From positions 930,001 through 994,000 of the forward strand of contig JANHCV010000002.1 in the NCBI GenBank assembly GCA_025594325.1: a stretch of DNA of 64,000 bases, written 5' to 3'. The stretch comes from Blastocladiella emersonii ATCC 22665 (lineage: Eukaryota; Fungi; Blastocladiomycota). This document shows positions 1 through 10,121 of this stretch, in pieces. The notes beneath the pieces were generated by a model. It saw only the letters and a program-made list of their open reading frames with translations. It was not told the DNA's origin and ran no database searches. The position numbers and the translations under genes were made by a program. Position 1 is the first letter of the stretch. Each line of letters opens with the position of its first letter.

Positions 1-361
1 CGGCGCACTCGCTCGCCCTCGCCCGCTTGCGCACTTGCGCGTTTTGCGAACCACCCCCTTCCTCCCTCCCTCCCTCCCTTTGTACAGTGATTTCCCTCCC
101 CTACAGTCGATATAAATGGCCCTCCGTTTTGTCAGCACGCCTTACTCGCCTCCCGAATCAGCGCTTCCATCACGTCACGTCGTCGTCGCGTCGCGTCGCG
201 TTTCAGCCCGCTCTCGAACGCACGCGACCTTCGGCGCTTGTGGCTTGCCTTCCGCGTCACACATCGTCGGACTTGCCACGCGGCGAGTTGCGGGCTATAA
301 GAAGCCTTCGTCCCGTCGTCCGCGCTCCCGCTCTCGGCCCCCAACACCGCTAGACCTTGCC

Positions 362-1076
362 ATGTATCACTCGCGCTCCCTCACCATCGCACTCGTCTGT
401 GTGATCTTCGCCGCCGCCATGACCCTCGCTTCCGCCACCAACCACGCCGGCTCGCCGGCCGCCGCTGCCGCTGCCGCTGCCAAGCCCAAGGATGTCTACG
501 CTTTCAACCCTGAGGGTATGTTTGTGCCGCGGAGTAGCGCGCGCGCACGAACCCTCCGCTGACGCCGTGTGTGCGCGTCTAGCCGCCGAGGCCTCGCCCT
601 TTGCGCCGTTCCCCGCGACCTTCACGCTCGTCACCAAGGGCAGCACAGGCGCCGCGCTCGGCTCCGTGACGCTGTTCCCCGGCGGCAAGGCCGAGACCAC
701 GTCCGCCGCTTCCGCCTCAACCGCTACCACGTCAACGCTGTTCCACGACGCCGCCGCCGCCTCGGCGGGCTCCGCCGACTCGTTCACCGCCCCGTCTGCC
801 CCCGCCACCGCCGCGGCTCCGCGCGCGGGGATGTGGAGCGTGGTCGACGAGATCAAGCTGCCCGCCGGCGCCAACCCGGGCATGATGTACCTCGCGTTCC
901 GACCCACGGCTGCCGCGCCGGGCAAGGGCAAGATCGCGCAGCCGCAGGTCTTCGCCATTGACACGTTCACCGAGGACTACCCGTCGTCGCGCATCTCGCT
1001 CCGCGAGGTGGTCGCCGGCGAGGGAGGCGCGCGGTGGGTGCCCGCGGGCGTCGTCGGGTTCCGCCGGACGCGGTAG
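362..1076 (+). CDS. Secreted protein of unknown family (family A, copy 1); 2 exons, intron 516-582
   Basis: ATG 362 gives a hydrophobic signal peptide (MYHSRSLTIALVCVIFAAAMTLASA). A GTATGT...GCTGAC...CTAG intron joins ORF 116-562 to ORF 492-1076 in frame. It shares motifs (Y-A-F-x-x-x-G, G-x-W-S, QPQVF, TEDYPSS, RW-x-P) with the two downstream paralogs. Confidence 0.8.
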
Positions 1077-1610
1077 TTGATTCGTTCTGTATATATTTAG
1101 TTCCCGGCGATCCTATCTAGTGCTCGTTGTCGGGAGGGAGGTCTCGGAGGTCAGGGCTGCACGCTGAGCGGTGAACGCGCAGGTGAACGCGTCGACCAAC
1201 CAGCGTGACAAGTTCTTTCCAGCGAGCCTTCGCGTGCAGCTTCTCCCTCAAGACGCCAACCATGATGAGAAACTGATGGAGCTACTTGTCGCAACGGAGT
1301 CTAACGGCCCAAATACGCTTGCTCTATGAGCTGTTCGAGAGAATCTTCATCCAAGACGTTTCCGCGCGACCCTCGCGGTGTCGACCCGCTTCCGCTCTTG
1401 TACGCCGCTTCGGGCCTCGACCGACTGTGCCGGGCGGGCCGTGTTGCGCGTCGACTGCCCTGGCGCCTCCCTCGCCACGTCCTGTTACTACGTGTGAGGT
1501 AGCGCTCCTGCCGAGACGATGGTTCGAACAGCGCACCACCGAGCTTGCTGTACGCCGTCCGCGCGTGTCGAACTTGCTTGCGAGTCAGTCGACGCTATGC
1601 GTGGCTCCTC

Positions 1611-2585
1611 GACTGCGCCACCCGTTCATGACGGACGCGTCGTGTTCCATCGCGCTCGGCCGATTTCTATTCCGAGTGCAGTTTCTGCCGCAGTCCCTGA
1701 TCAAGAACAACCCTCGATGAACCTAACCCCCCGCACCGTACAAAAGCCGGGTCGCGTCCCCGGCGCAGCTCTTGCTCTCACACAAGCTCATCGCTGATTC
1801 ATCGCAATATGACTATCCCTGCTGCTTCGACTGACGCATATGCTTTCGACGCGCAAGGTGCGCTCAACGACGACGGCGACTTCGTGCCGATTCCGCAGTT
1901 GTTGACGACCCGGTCCCTTCGCCTAGTCGCTAAGCGATGCGACTTTGCCAACGGCGTGGAGCTCGGCAACGACGCGTTCCCCGCCAAGTTCCGCGTGCTC
2001 TCTGGCGAGACGACTCTCGGCTTCGTAAAGCTACTCGGGGACGGGACGGCTGAGACCACGGTCGCCGCTCCCTCGGGATTCTCTTCCGCTGACGTGGTCG
2101 TCCGCAAGGGGACGTGGAGCATCGTCAAAAAGCGCGTGCTGCCGCAAGGCGTGCTCTGCGGCGACCCGTACATTGCGTTCCGCAGCGTCCCGCCAACCGA
2201 GGGCGAGATCGCGCAGCCGCAGGTGTTTACCGTCACCGAGTGCACCGAGGACTACCCGTCGTCGCAGCTCATGGTCAAGGAGGTGCTCGCGAGCGGCGAC
2301 GGCGCGCGGTGGCTCCCGCAGAACGTGACTGAGCTCAATCGTTGCTGAGATGTTCAATGAATCGTGTTCCAGTACTCATTCGACGTCATGATACAGGAAG
2401 AGAGTCTGCAGCGACAGATCCAGCCGTCCACGTTCAAGAACCCGCCGCGACCTCAAGTCGTGCGCGCGCGACTGCGCCACCCGCCCATGAAGAACGCGTC
2501 GTCTTCCACCCTTTCCGGGCCACTTCTATTTCCGAGCCTTGTTTCGACTGCAGTCCCTGGGAGAGGACCATCCCTTGATGAGCCC
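1611..2585 (+). repeat. Duplicated upstream non-coding block (about 1611-1730 and 2470-2585) of the family A tandem duplication
   Basis: GACTGCGCCACCCG...ACGCGTCGT...TTCTATT...GCAGTCCCTG...GATGA occurs before both copy 2 and copy 3. The 3' block GCTGAGATGTTCAATGAATCGTGTT also follows both copies. Confidence 0.8.
1809..2348 (+). CDS. Family A copy 2, no signal peptide; probable in-frame 69-nt intron 1858-1926
   Basis: Clear paralog of 362-1076 (DAYAFDAQG, KGTWSIV, EGEIAQPQVF, TEDYPSS). A GTGCGC...TTGAC...CTAG intron lies at the same phase-1 position as in copy 1. Confidence 0.8.
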   Translation: MTIPAASTDAYAFDAQGALNDDGDFVPIPQLLTTRSLRLVAKRCDFANGVELGNDAFPAKFRVLSGETTLGFVKLLGDGTAETTVAAPSGFSSADVVVRKGTWSIVKKRVLPQGVLCGDPYIAFRSVPPTEGEIAQPQVFTVTECTEDYPSSQLMVKEVLASGDGARWLPQNVTELNRC

Positions 2586-2673
2586 AACTCGCGCACCGCA
2601 TAAAACCCATGTCGCGCTCTTGCGCAGCGCTCTCCCTCCCTGGCCCTCGCCCACATCACTTATTCATCACAAC

Positions 2674-3249
2674 ATGACCCTCCCCGTTGATAGCAAGCCG
2701 GCTGCGGCGGCTGACATCTATGCCTTTGACGCACAAGGTACGTCCGATCACGACAATCTCGCGCTACTTCAGCAGTTCCTGACCGCCCGTTCGATCCGCA
2801 TAGTTGCTGAGGAGAGCGAGTTTGCTGAGGTCGCTGAGCGTGACGACGGCGAAATGTTCACCGTGTTCCCCGCCACGTTCAACATCCTCGCTCGCGGCAC
2901 CAATCTCGGCACCGTGACTCTGTTCGGCGACGGCACGGCCGAGACCACGGTTCCCGCTCCCTCGGGATCTCCTTCCGCTGACGTGGTTCGCAAGGGGACG
3001 TGGAGCATCGTCAACGAGCTCGTGCTGCCGCGCGGCGTGCCCCGCGGCGTGCCCCGCGGTGGGCCGTACATTGCGTTCCGCAGCGCCCCGCCGACCGAGG
3101 GCGAGATCGGGCAACCGCAGGTGTTCGGCGTGGGCGAATGCACCGAGGACTACCCGTCGTCGCGCATCTCGGTGCGCGAGTCGCTCGCGAGCAGCGACGG
3201 GACGCGGTGGCTCCCGCGCGAAGTGACCAGGTTTGATCGCTGCGAGTAG
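2674..3249 (+). CDS. Family A copy 3, no signal peptide; probable in-frame 66-nt intron 2738-2803
   Basis: Paralog (DIYAFDAQG, KGTWSIV, EGEIGQPQVF, TEDYPSSRIS) with a GTACGT...CCTGAC...ATAG intron at the homologous position. Confidence 0.8.
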   Translation: MTLPVDSKPAAAADIYAFDAQGTSDHDNLALLQQFLTARSIRIVAEESEFAEVAERDDGEMFTVFPATFNILARGTNLGTVTLFGDGTAETTVPAPSGSPSADVVRKGTWSIVNELVLPRGVPRGVPRGGPYIAFRSAPPTEGEIGQPQVFGVGECTEDYPSSRISVRESLASSDGTRWLPREVTRFDRCE

Positions 3250-3300
3250 CGACGGGACGCGGTGGCTTCCGCGCGGCGAGACCATGTTCGATCGTTGCTG
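3193..3300 (+). repeat. About 55-bp tandem duplication of the last codons of family A copy 3
   Basis: AGCGACGGGACGCGGTGGCT(C/T)CCGCGCG occurs at 3193-3220 and 3248-3275. The second copy reads RWLPRGETMFDRC* downstream of the used stop. Confidence 0.8.
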
Positions 3301-3338
3301 AGATGTTCAATGAATCGTGTTGCGGTTGCTCTTCGACA

Positions 3339-4521
3339 TCATGGTGCAGGGGGAGAGCTCGTAGCGGCGGCAGGGTGCAGGACGAGGTGGATCCATCCGT
3401 CGACGGTGACGAGGTGGCGGTACACCCACGACAGCGGCGTGTCCGGGTGGACCGCGAGGCCATGAACGACCGCGGTTGGTGGTGGACCCAAGTCAGTCGC
3501 CGCCGCGACGCGCGGGTGAGCGAGGAGGTCGGCGACGGTCGAGTACTCGGCGGGCGGGAGGAACAGCTGAAAGTATGGTGGCGCAGAGGGGCCCGCGGCG
3601 GCGGGCGGGTATACGCGGATGGGCCATGCGCGCGCGACGGGGTCCGTGTGGAATAGCGTGTTGATGACGGGCTCGCCGGTGCTCAGGTTGTCTACGGTTG
3701 AGGGGTCAGTGATGCGATCATTCGAGGGTGAGCGAGGCAACGTACTGTCAACGACGGCGCGCCACAGCTGCTCGGACGTGTCCTTGGGTAGCGACATGAT
3801 CTTCTTGACGGAGCCGTAGCGCATGAACTCGGCCTAGATCAGGGTGTGTGTGAGAATCTCGCGAGCGAGGCAAGGACGAACCAGACGCACCTCCTTGACC
3901 GTGTTGGTGAACATGGCCTCGAGCCCGTCGATGCCCGGATACGGTAGGCCGAGCGCAGAGTCGAGGTTCTCGTCGCGGTTAACGCTCACGCGGATCCGCC
4001 ACGGCACCTTGCGGCGCTCGTCGGCATCGAGAGGGTGCGGCAGCGCGCGGAGATCGGCGAGCAAGCCTATTGGAAAGTGCCTAGACCGCACAGGACCGCG
4101 TCAGCGTCAGCGTCAAATCCTTACGCTCCAGAGACGGCAACGGCAAGCACCATCGTATCAACGATCCCGACACGTCGTCGCGGAACACGAGGTCGGGGAT
4201 CGCGCCCACGTCGACGGCGTTGCCGCCGCCTTGCCCCCCTGCCGCCTTGGCGAAGACATCGAGCGTGCCGAGGTACGGGACCGATGCGAGGACAATGTGC
4301 AGGTACGAGTTGCGCGGCGCGTTGACGTAGACGGGGGCCGGCGCGCCGTCCACGACAAACGCCACGGGTATGGACGCGTGGAAGATGGACTCGACCACGG
4401 CCAGGTCAGCCGTCCACCCGACCTGCGTGCCGGCCGTCGTCGCAGCGGCCACGGGCGTCGGCGGCGCCGGCGCCACAGGTGATCCCGGGACCGCGATGGA
4501 GGGCGTTCTCGGGAGTGACAT
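3339..4521 (-). CDS. ATG5: Autophagy protein 5 (multi-exon)
   Basis: Spliced W-HFPIGLLAD, TVKEAEFMRYG (conjugation-Lys region) and C-terminal VVHGLAVHPDTPLSWVYRHLVTVDGWIHLVL match Atg5 motifs. Canonical introns link ORFs 4081-4521, 3834-4091 and 3339-3824. Confidence 0.88.
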
Positions 4522-4867
4522 GGGTTCACTGATACCGGTCAGTTATCCGGGTGCGTTGCATGGAGCGCCGTAGCGCGAGTCAGGTCAGATCTTTCGACTT
4601 GCGGGAGCGCAAAGGCGCAACCGGCCGAGCGGCCAAGCGACGCGACTGCGAGCGGTGGCGCCACATCAGCTTATCGTTCGCCGCGCACGCGTCTCATTTC
4701 GCGCCCTCGCCCTCGCCGCCGTGGCCCACGCCGCTCCCCCTCTCTCTTGCGCACCAAGGGCGTCGTTGTCTCGATAGCCCAACGACTAGCCGCACCCGTA
4801 CCATGTAAGCTGTCTCCGCCATGCACCGACGCCGTGAGCTCGACTAACGCTGAGCCACGACAGCGAC

Positions 4868-5478
4868 ATGCCGTCCCCGAAGAAGGCTCCCTCTACCGCG
4901 GTCTCCGCCACGACGACCGCGACGCCGGCGCCCGCACCCGCTACCGAGGTCAAGAAGCGCAGCATTTTCGCCAAGAAGGACATCCTGCCACCACGCCGCG
5001 AGATGCCGCCCGCCAAGCCGTTCGAGATCACCATGTGCGTGTCCCTGCCGCGGCGCCCTTGCGGGACCCTGAACTCACTCGCTCGAGTACCTCATGTCTA
5101 GCAACGTGATCGTCAAGTTCATCGTCTTCTCCATCCTGCTCGTCGTCGTGCCGCTGTGGACCTACTACAAGTCGCTCGCGGACTGGTTCAAGGGTGCGTC
5201 TTCATTCGCCGCACCGATGGCGTGATTCTGACCCGTACTTTTCGGGAGTAGACGATACCTCGGTCAGCGCGCTCGCCGCCGTGGCCGCCGCTAACCTCGT
5301 CGTGCTGCTGTACGTCGTCGTCGCCGTGTTCGAGGGCGACACGGACGGCTCGTTCCCCAAGCCCAAGGACGACGACAAGGCGATCCCGGCCAAGACCGCC
5401 GACGACGTCGCGGCCGCTCTCGCGGGGACCGACGGCAGCGACACGACCAAGGCCGAGGAGCCCAAGAAGACCAAGTAA
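4868..5478 (+). CDS. VMA21: V-ATPase assembly factor Vma21; introns 5035-5101 and about 5194-5251
   Basis: Two TM helices (VIVKFIVFSILLVVVPLWTYY; SALAAVAAANLVVLLYVVVAVFE) and a C-terminal KKxx ER-retrieval signal (KKTK). Confidence 0.8.
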
Positions 5479-5555
5479 TTCTCACGTCGGTGACCGTTCG
5501 TGTGGGTGAGATATACACAACTAAGATATGTATTGCTAGCTTACGAGCTCATGCC

Positions 5556-7367
5556 TTAGAAAGCGGGAAGCGTGGGGACCGCCTTGGACGCGGCCGCGGC
5601 GGCGGTGCGAGTAGCGGTCGCAGCGGGCTCAAAGACGGCGACCGTGGTCGAGGGCGCGGCCGTCGTGGTCGCGGTCGCCGTGGGGGCAGCGGCGGCCTCG
5701 AACGTGGCGGTCTCAGCGACAGCAGTCGTCTTGGCCGCGGGCGCAAGGCAGATGCCGCAGAACTTGCACTGGATATCAGCCTTGGCCTTGGACCACAGCT
5801 TGTACTCGGCGGGCTTCGGGTCGCCGCCGGCCGTGATGCTGGACGTGATTTCGTGGGCCGAGAAGATGGCGAGCGAGGTGCCGTCGAGGCGGCCGGCGCA
5901 CTGCGGCGCGTTGGCCGTCACGCCAAGACCGACCGTGTTGTCGAACTTCGTGTCAATGTTGAACTCGCCGGCGAACAGCACGTTGCCGCGAAGGACGAGG
6001 CGCGGGGCGAGGTGCGCGGCAATGTCGGCGCCGACGTTGGACGGCAGGCCCTTGGGCATGTGCGGGTTGACGACGGGCTTGGAGCGCGCGGCGAACTTGG
6101 GCTTGGACTTGAAGCCCGTGGCCGTCATGGTCAGGTCAAAGGGGACGGTCGCGTCGAAACCGGCCGTGACGCCGAACCCGGCCCCGTTCTCGGTGGCGAT
6201 CTGGTACGAGACACCGGCCTCGAGCGAGAGCTCGGGCTCGAGGCGGAAGATCTTCTTGATGGAGATCGGGTGGACGGCGATCTTCTTGAGCGGGGCCGTG
6301 ACGAGGGCCTGCTGGCCGTTGGACGACGGCGTGGTCACCTCGAAGTCCATGTTGGTCTTGAGCGAGCCCTCGACGCCGACGGTGAAGTTCATGACCTTGA
6401 ACGGGTTGCCCTTGAGCGACATGAGCATGCCAATCTCGCCCGCGGCGTAGCAGTTGACGCACGCCGCCTCGACCTGCGGAACGCCCGCGAGCTTGACGCG
6501 CGGCGTCACGACGTTGCTGGTCTTGGGGTCGTAGTTGAGCCCGACGGCGAGCTTGTTGCCCGTGATGCCCGTCTTGAGGAAGTCCCACAGGCCACGCTTC
6601 GACAGCTTGGTCTCGCCCGCGGGCGCGGCCATCTGCGACACCTCGATGTCGTACTCGGCAATCAGGTCGGCGCGCGACTCGGCCTCGGTCGCGATCTCGA
6701 CCGTCTTGGCGCCCGTCTGCGTCACCTTGACCACGGCGCGCGCCAGGCTGTCGCCGCACGACTCGATGCCCGGCACACCCTGCATCAGCAGCGCCATGTC
6801 CTTGGCGGCCGCCGACCACGCCTTGGTGATCTCGGCCGCGGCCTTCTCGGTGGCCGCCTCGACGATCACGGCGCTCGCGCTCGGGCACCGCACGGTCTTG
6901 ATCTGGCCGGCGTAGTTGGCCAGGTTGACGGCGGGCTTGGTCGTGCGGAACGTGCAGTCGGCCTTGACGACCACGGGCGCAGCCGCGGGCTCGCCGGGCG
7001 CGGGCTTGGCGGGCACGACGTGCTCGGCGTACACGGCCTTGACCTCCTTGACGGGCGCGTAGCCGACACGCGGGACGGGGATCGGCTGCAGCTTGATGGG
7101 CTCGGGGCGGACGTAGGCGGCGGCAGGCTGTGAAGGTGGAAAGTGGCCCGCGTGGGCAGCGAGATGTCAGATCAAGTTGTTCGCGAGCGGCTGCACGAAC
7201 AATCGTCGCCGCGGCAGAGAGGAGAACATGGAACGCACCTGCTCGGTCACGGCCTTGGGCGCAGTCGAGTAGCCGGCCTTCTTGTGGCACTTGCGGGTGG
7301 CATCGGCCGAGCCGGCGAGGATGACCTGCACCAGGGCGACGAGGGCGAGGAGGCGGAGGTTGGCCAT
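5556..7367 (-). CDS. Secreted beta-rich protein with Thr/Ala-rich tail; intron 7238-7128
   Basis: Signal peptide MANLRLLALVALVQVILAGSADA is spliced to the 492-aa ORF. It has paired Cys (CVNC, CKFCGIC). It may be a DUF7029/DUF7223-type fungal protein, from weak recollection only. Confidence 0.7.
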
Positions 7368-8267
7368 GGTGGTGGATCGGGAGCGGTCTATCTAGTGTGG
7401 TCTATGGAGAGGAGGTCGTGATGGCCGTGGCCGCGGGGGTATGGTCGATGGTCGGCACGAGCTCGCTCTTGACGAACGACCGTGCGGGTGACGGGGGCCG
7501 CGGCCGTATTTGAAGGGCCGGGTCCTCTGTGCGGGGGCGGCGCCAGCGATGCGCGCTGGTGTGCGCGCGGCGCCATCTTTTTTCATATGCGTCTGAAGTG
7601 CACGCGAGTCCGTTTGCGTTTGGTTCATTAGCGGAGCGGGGCGCGTTTCACTGCTGCTCGGCTGACCCCCTTGAAACACTGCTCCGCCACAAGGCATCAC
7701 GACCTGCGGGACCTGCACGCGATGCACTGCGATGTCCCGCAAGGAACCGTGAAAACCGTCGCGAGCAGTTGCAAGGCACTCGATGTTGACGGCCGTGGGA
7801 CATGCTGACGGCCGTGGTCGCCGAGGATCTCAGACCCTCCTCCCCACCCGCGAGGGCTGGCGCGACCATGGCCACGGTCGATGGTCGTCATACCTGGCCA
7901 TCCATCATCCGCGCCAATCGCTTGTGGCCATCCTTGGACACGCGCGCCAATCGTGCGGGGGAGTTGTGGGGCACGAGCGCACGCAACGTTGCGCGACGTT
8001 GCCCCAACTAACGTCTTTAGACTGCACGTAGCGGCTATACTGCGTGCGAAGGCGCGCGCGCGACTATTTGCGTCGCGTTGCACGCGCTCTGATGGAGAAA
8101 GTGATCGGCAAAACCGCGGCCGTCAGGGCCATCGTGGTCCATGTGATGCTGGTGCAGGCGGGTTTTCGAGCTGCTCAGCCTCAAACTCACCACACAAGGC
8201 AAACCGAACATCAAATCGTGAGGGTGTATCAATCACGCAGCACCTGCGATCCTCCCCACTCGTTGCA

Positions 8268-9280
8268 ATGTTGTGGAGCGCCCGGTCGCTTCTCCTTCGT
8301 GTACGGCGGACGCCCACGAACATGTTATCAAGAACTAGCCGCCGGCGCTCCGGATTCCGCGAGGGCGGCCCCATGGATCACATCGGCTGACCGCGATCCC
8401 CATGCGGTTTCCGCATCCCTGCCTCGTATAGCCGACGTCGACGGTCGCGCAGGCCACGACTGCGCGGTGCCTCGCCACCGTGGCCGCCACGGTCGCGCCC
8501 ACGGCGGCCGCTGCCGCCGCCGAGAGCGCGAGCGCGCCCAAGGGCCGGCGCCAGGTCAAGTTCCCGAACCACACGTACGCGTACCCGGCTAAGGGCGCGC
8601 GCGACGCTGCGCTGAACTGGAAGGCGGTCGGCGAGCCCGTGTGCGAGATCCAGGTGAACGGCTACGTGCTGCACCAGGTCAACTTCTTCAGCAAGTTCAT
8701 CCAGCGCGCCGCGCACCACATGGAGATGCCGATCCGCGGGCCCGTGGCGCTCGAGCCGCACGTGCGCCGGTGGACGGTGCTCACGTCGCCCTTCAAGTAC
8801 AAGAAGTTCCAGGAGACGTTCGAGCGCAAGACGTACAAGCGCCTCGTCACCGTCTACGCCTCGTCCAACGACGCCGTCGACAAGTTCATGCACTACCTCG
8901 TCCAGGTCGCCCCCGCCGGCGTCGGCCTCCGCGTCATCCGCTACGAGCGCGAGACCCCCGGCGTCGCCGACCGCATGAAGGCCGCCGCCGAGTCTATCCT
9001 CGCCGACGGCGGCAAGGTCCAGCTCCCGCGCACCGTCTACTCGCCCAAGGTCGACTTCTACGAGATGCTGTCCGAGGGCGCCAAGGGCTACGCGCTCAAG
9101 CAGAAGCTGGCCGGTGAGGCTGCCGCGTCGGCCGCTGCCGCCAAGCTCGAGGCTGCCGCGCCCGCTGAGGGCGACGCTGCCTCCGAAGCCGCGCCGGCCG
9201 AGCCCAAGGCCGCCGAGGCCGCCGCTGCTGCGCCCGCGGAGTCCTCTCCATCTGCTGCCGCCGCGCCCGCTGCCAACTAG
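8268..9280 (+). CDS. RSM10: Mitochondrial ribosomal protein uS10m; intron 8301-8431
   Basis: S10 signature GPVALEPHVRRWTVLTSPFKYKKFQETFERKTYKRL. The Arg-rich presequence MLWSARSLLLR splices in frame. Confidence 0.88.
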
Positions 9281-9596
9281 GCTCCGGTTGCGCCGTTTGA
9301 TTATGTTCTCATCTAATGCCCTACAGTACTTTTTGATATGCCCTCTCTCTCTCGTCCACACGTGCGGCCTGCAGCACCCGCAGAAACGATCAACACGCGG
9401 TCGCTGCTGCGCCTCGTCGGTCGTTCAGAGTTGTCCGATCTCTCGGACGCGCCATCTCTACCGCCGCGTCGCTGCTCCCCATCGTCAACACGCACACCAC
9501 GAAAATGTAAGCTTGAACCCATGTAACATGTCGCAATGGATGCATGAATGAACGACTGACGACGCTGCAGCGTCTCCCGTCGTCTCCAGTCCCACC

Positions 9597-10017
9597 ATGT
9601 CCTTCCTCAACCGCATCCTGGGCGGCACCCGCCTCGAGGTCTTCAAGGTACACCGTTGACGGTTGACGGAGGGCGACCCGAGCCGAACCTGACCCTCGCC
9701 GTCCTCCAGTTCGGCTTCTACGTCTTCTCGCCCATCGTCGTCATGTACTTGACGGGCATCCCCGAGTTTGTCGAAAAGGAGGTGAACCCGCTGCGCGTCA
9801 AGCTGTTCCGTCTCAACGACGAGACCTACGTACGTCTCTATTCGGCCACTCCGATCTCGCCATGTGTAGCTCACGACTGCGCCGACTGTAGCACCCGCCC
9901 GCCAACTCGGAGGAGATTGGCGAGTACATGCAGCTGCTGCGCACGCGCAAGGAGCGCCTGACCGCGTCGAACGCCGCCGCTGCGGCAGCCGAGGGCGCCG
10001 AGCCCAAGGCCGCGTAA
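9597..10017 (+). CDS. PET100: Cytochrome c oxidase assembly factor Pet100 (3 exons)
   Basis: Spliced product RLEVFK-FGFYVFSPIVVMY matches the Pet100 N-terminal motif; small single-TM protein. Confidence 0.8.
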
Positions 10018-10121
10018 GGACATGCTCCCTGCGCCGAGTACCTCACCATTGTATACAGATCCCTCGTTCCTAGTTCGCTACGGTATGATGTATCATGCAA
10101 GGGCGCCACCCGCGCCCCGCG

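Noticed and set aside
61-80. (CCTC)n microsatellite
   Set aside because: Ordinary pyrimidine-rich promoter tract.
1286-1720. 144-aa ORF between family A copies 1 and 2
   Set aside because: It starts at TTG, has poor codon bias and overlaps the duplicated promoter block.
7400-8260. Several short overlapping ORFs and small direct repeats (GACGGCCGTGG x2)
   Set aside because: This is a divergent-promoter intergenic region with no coding bias or recognisable element.
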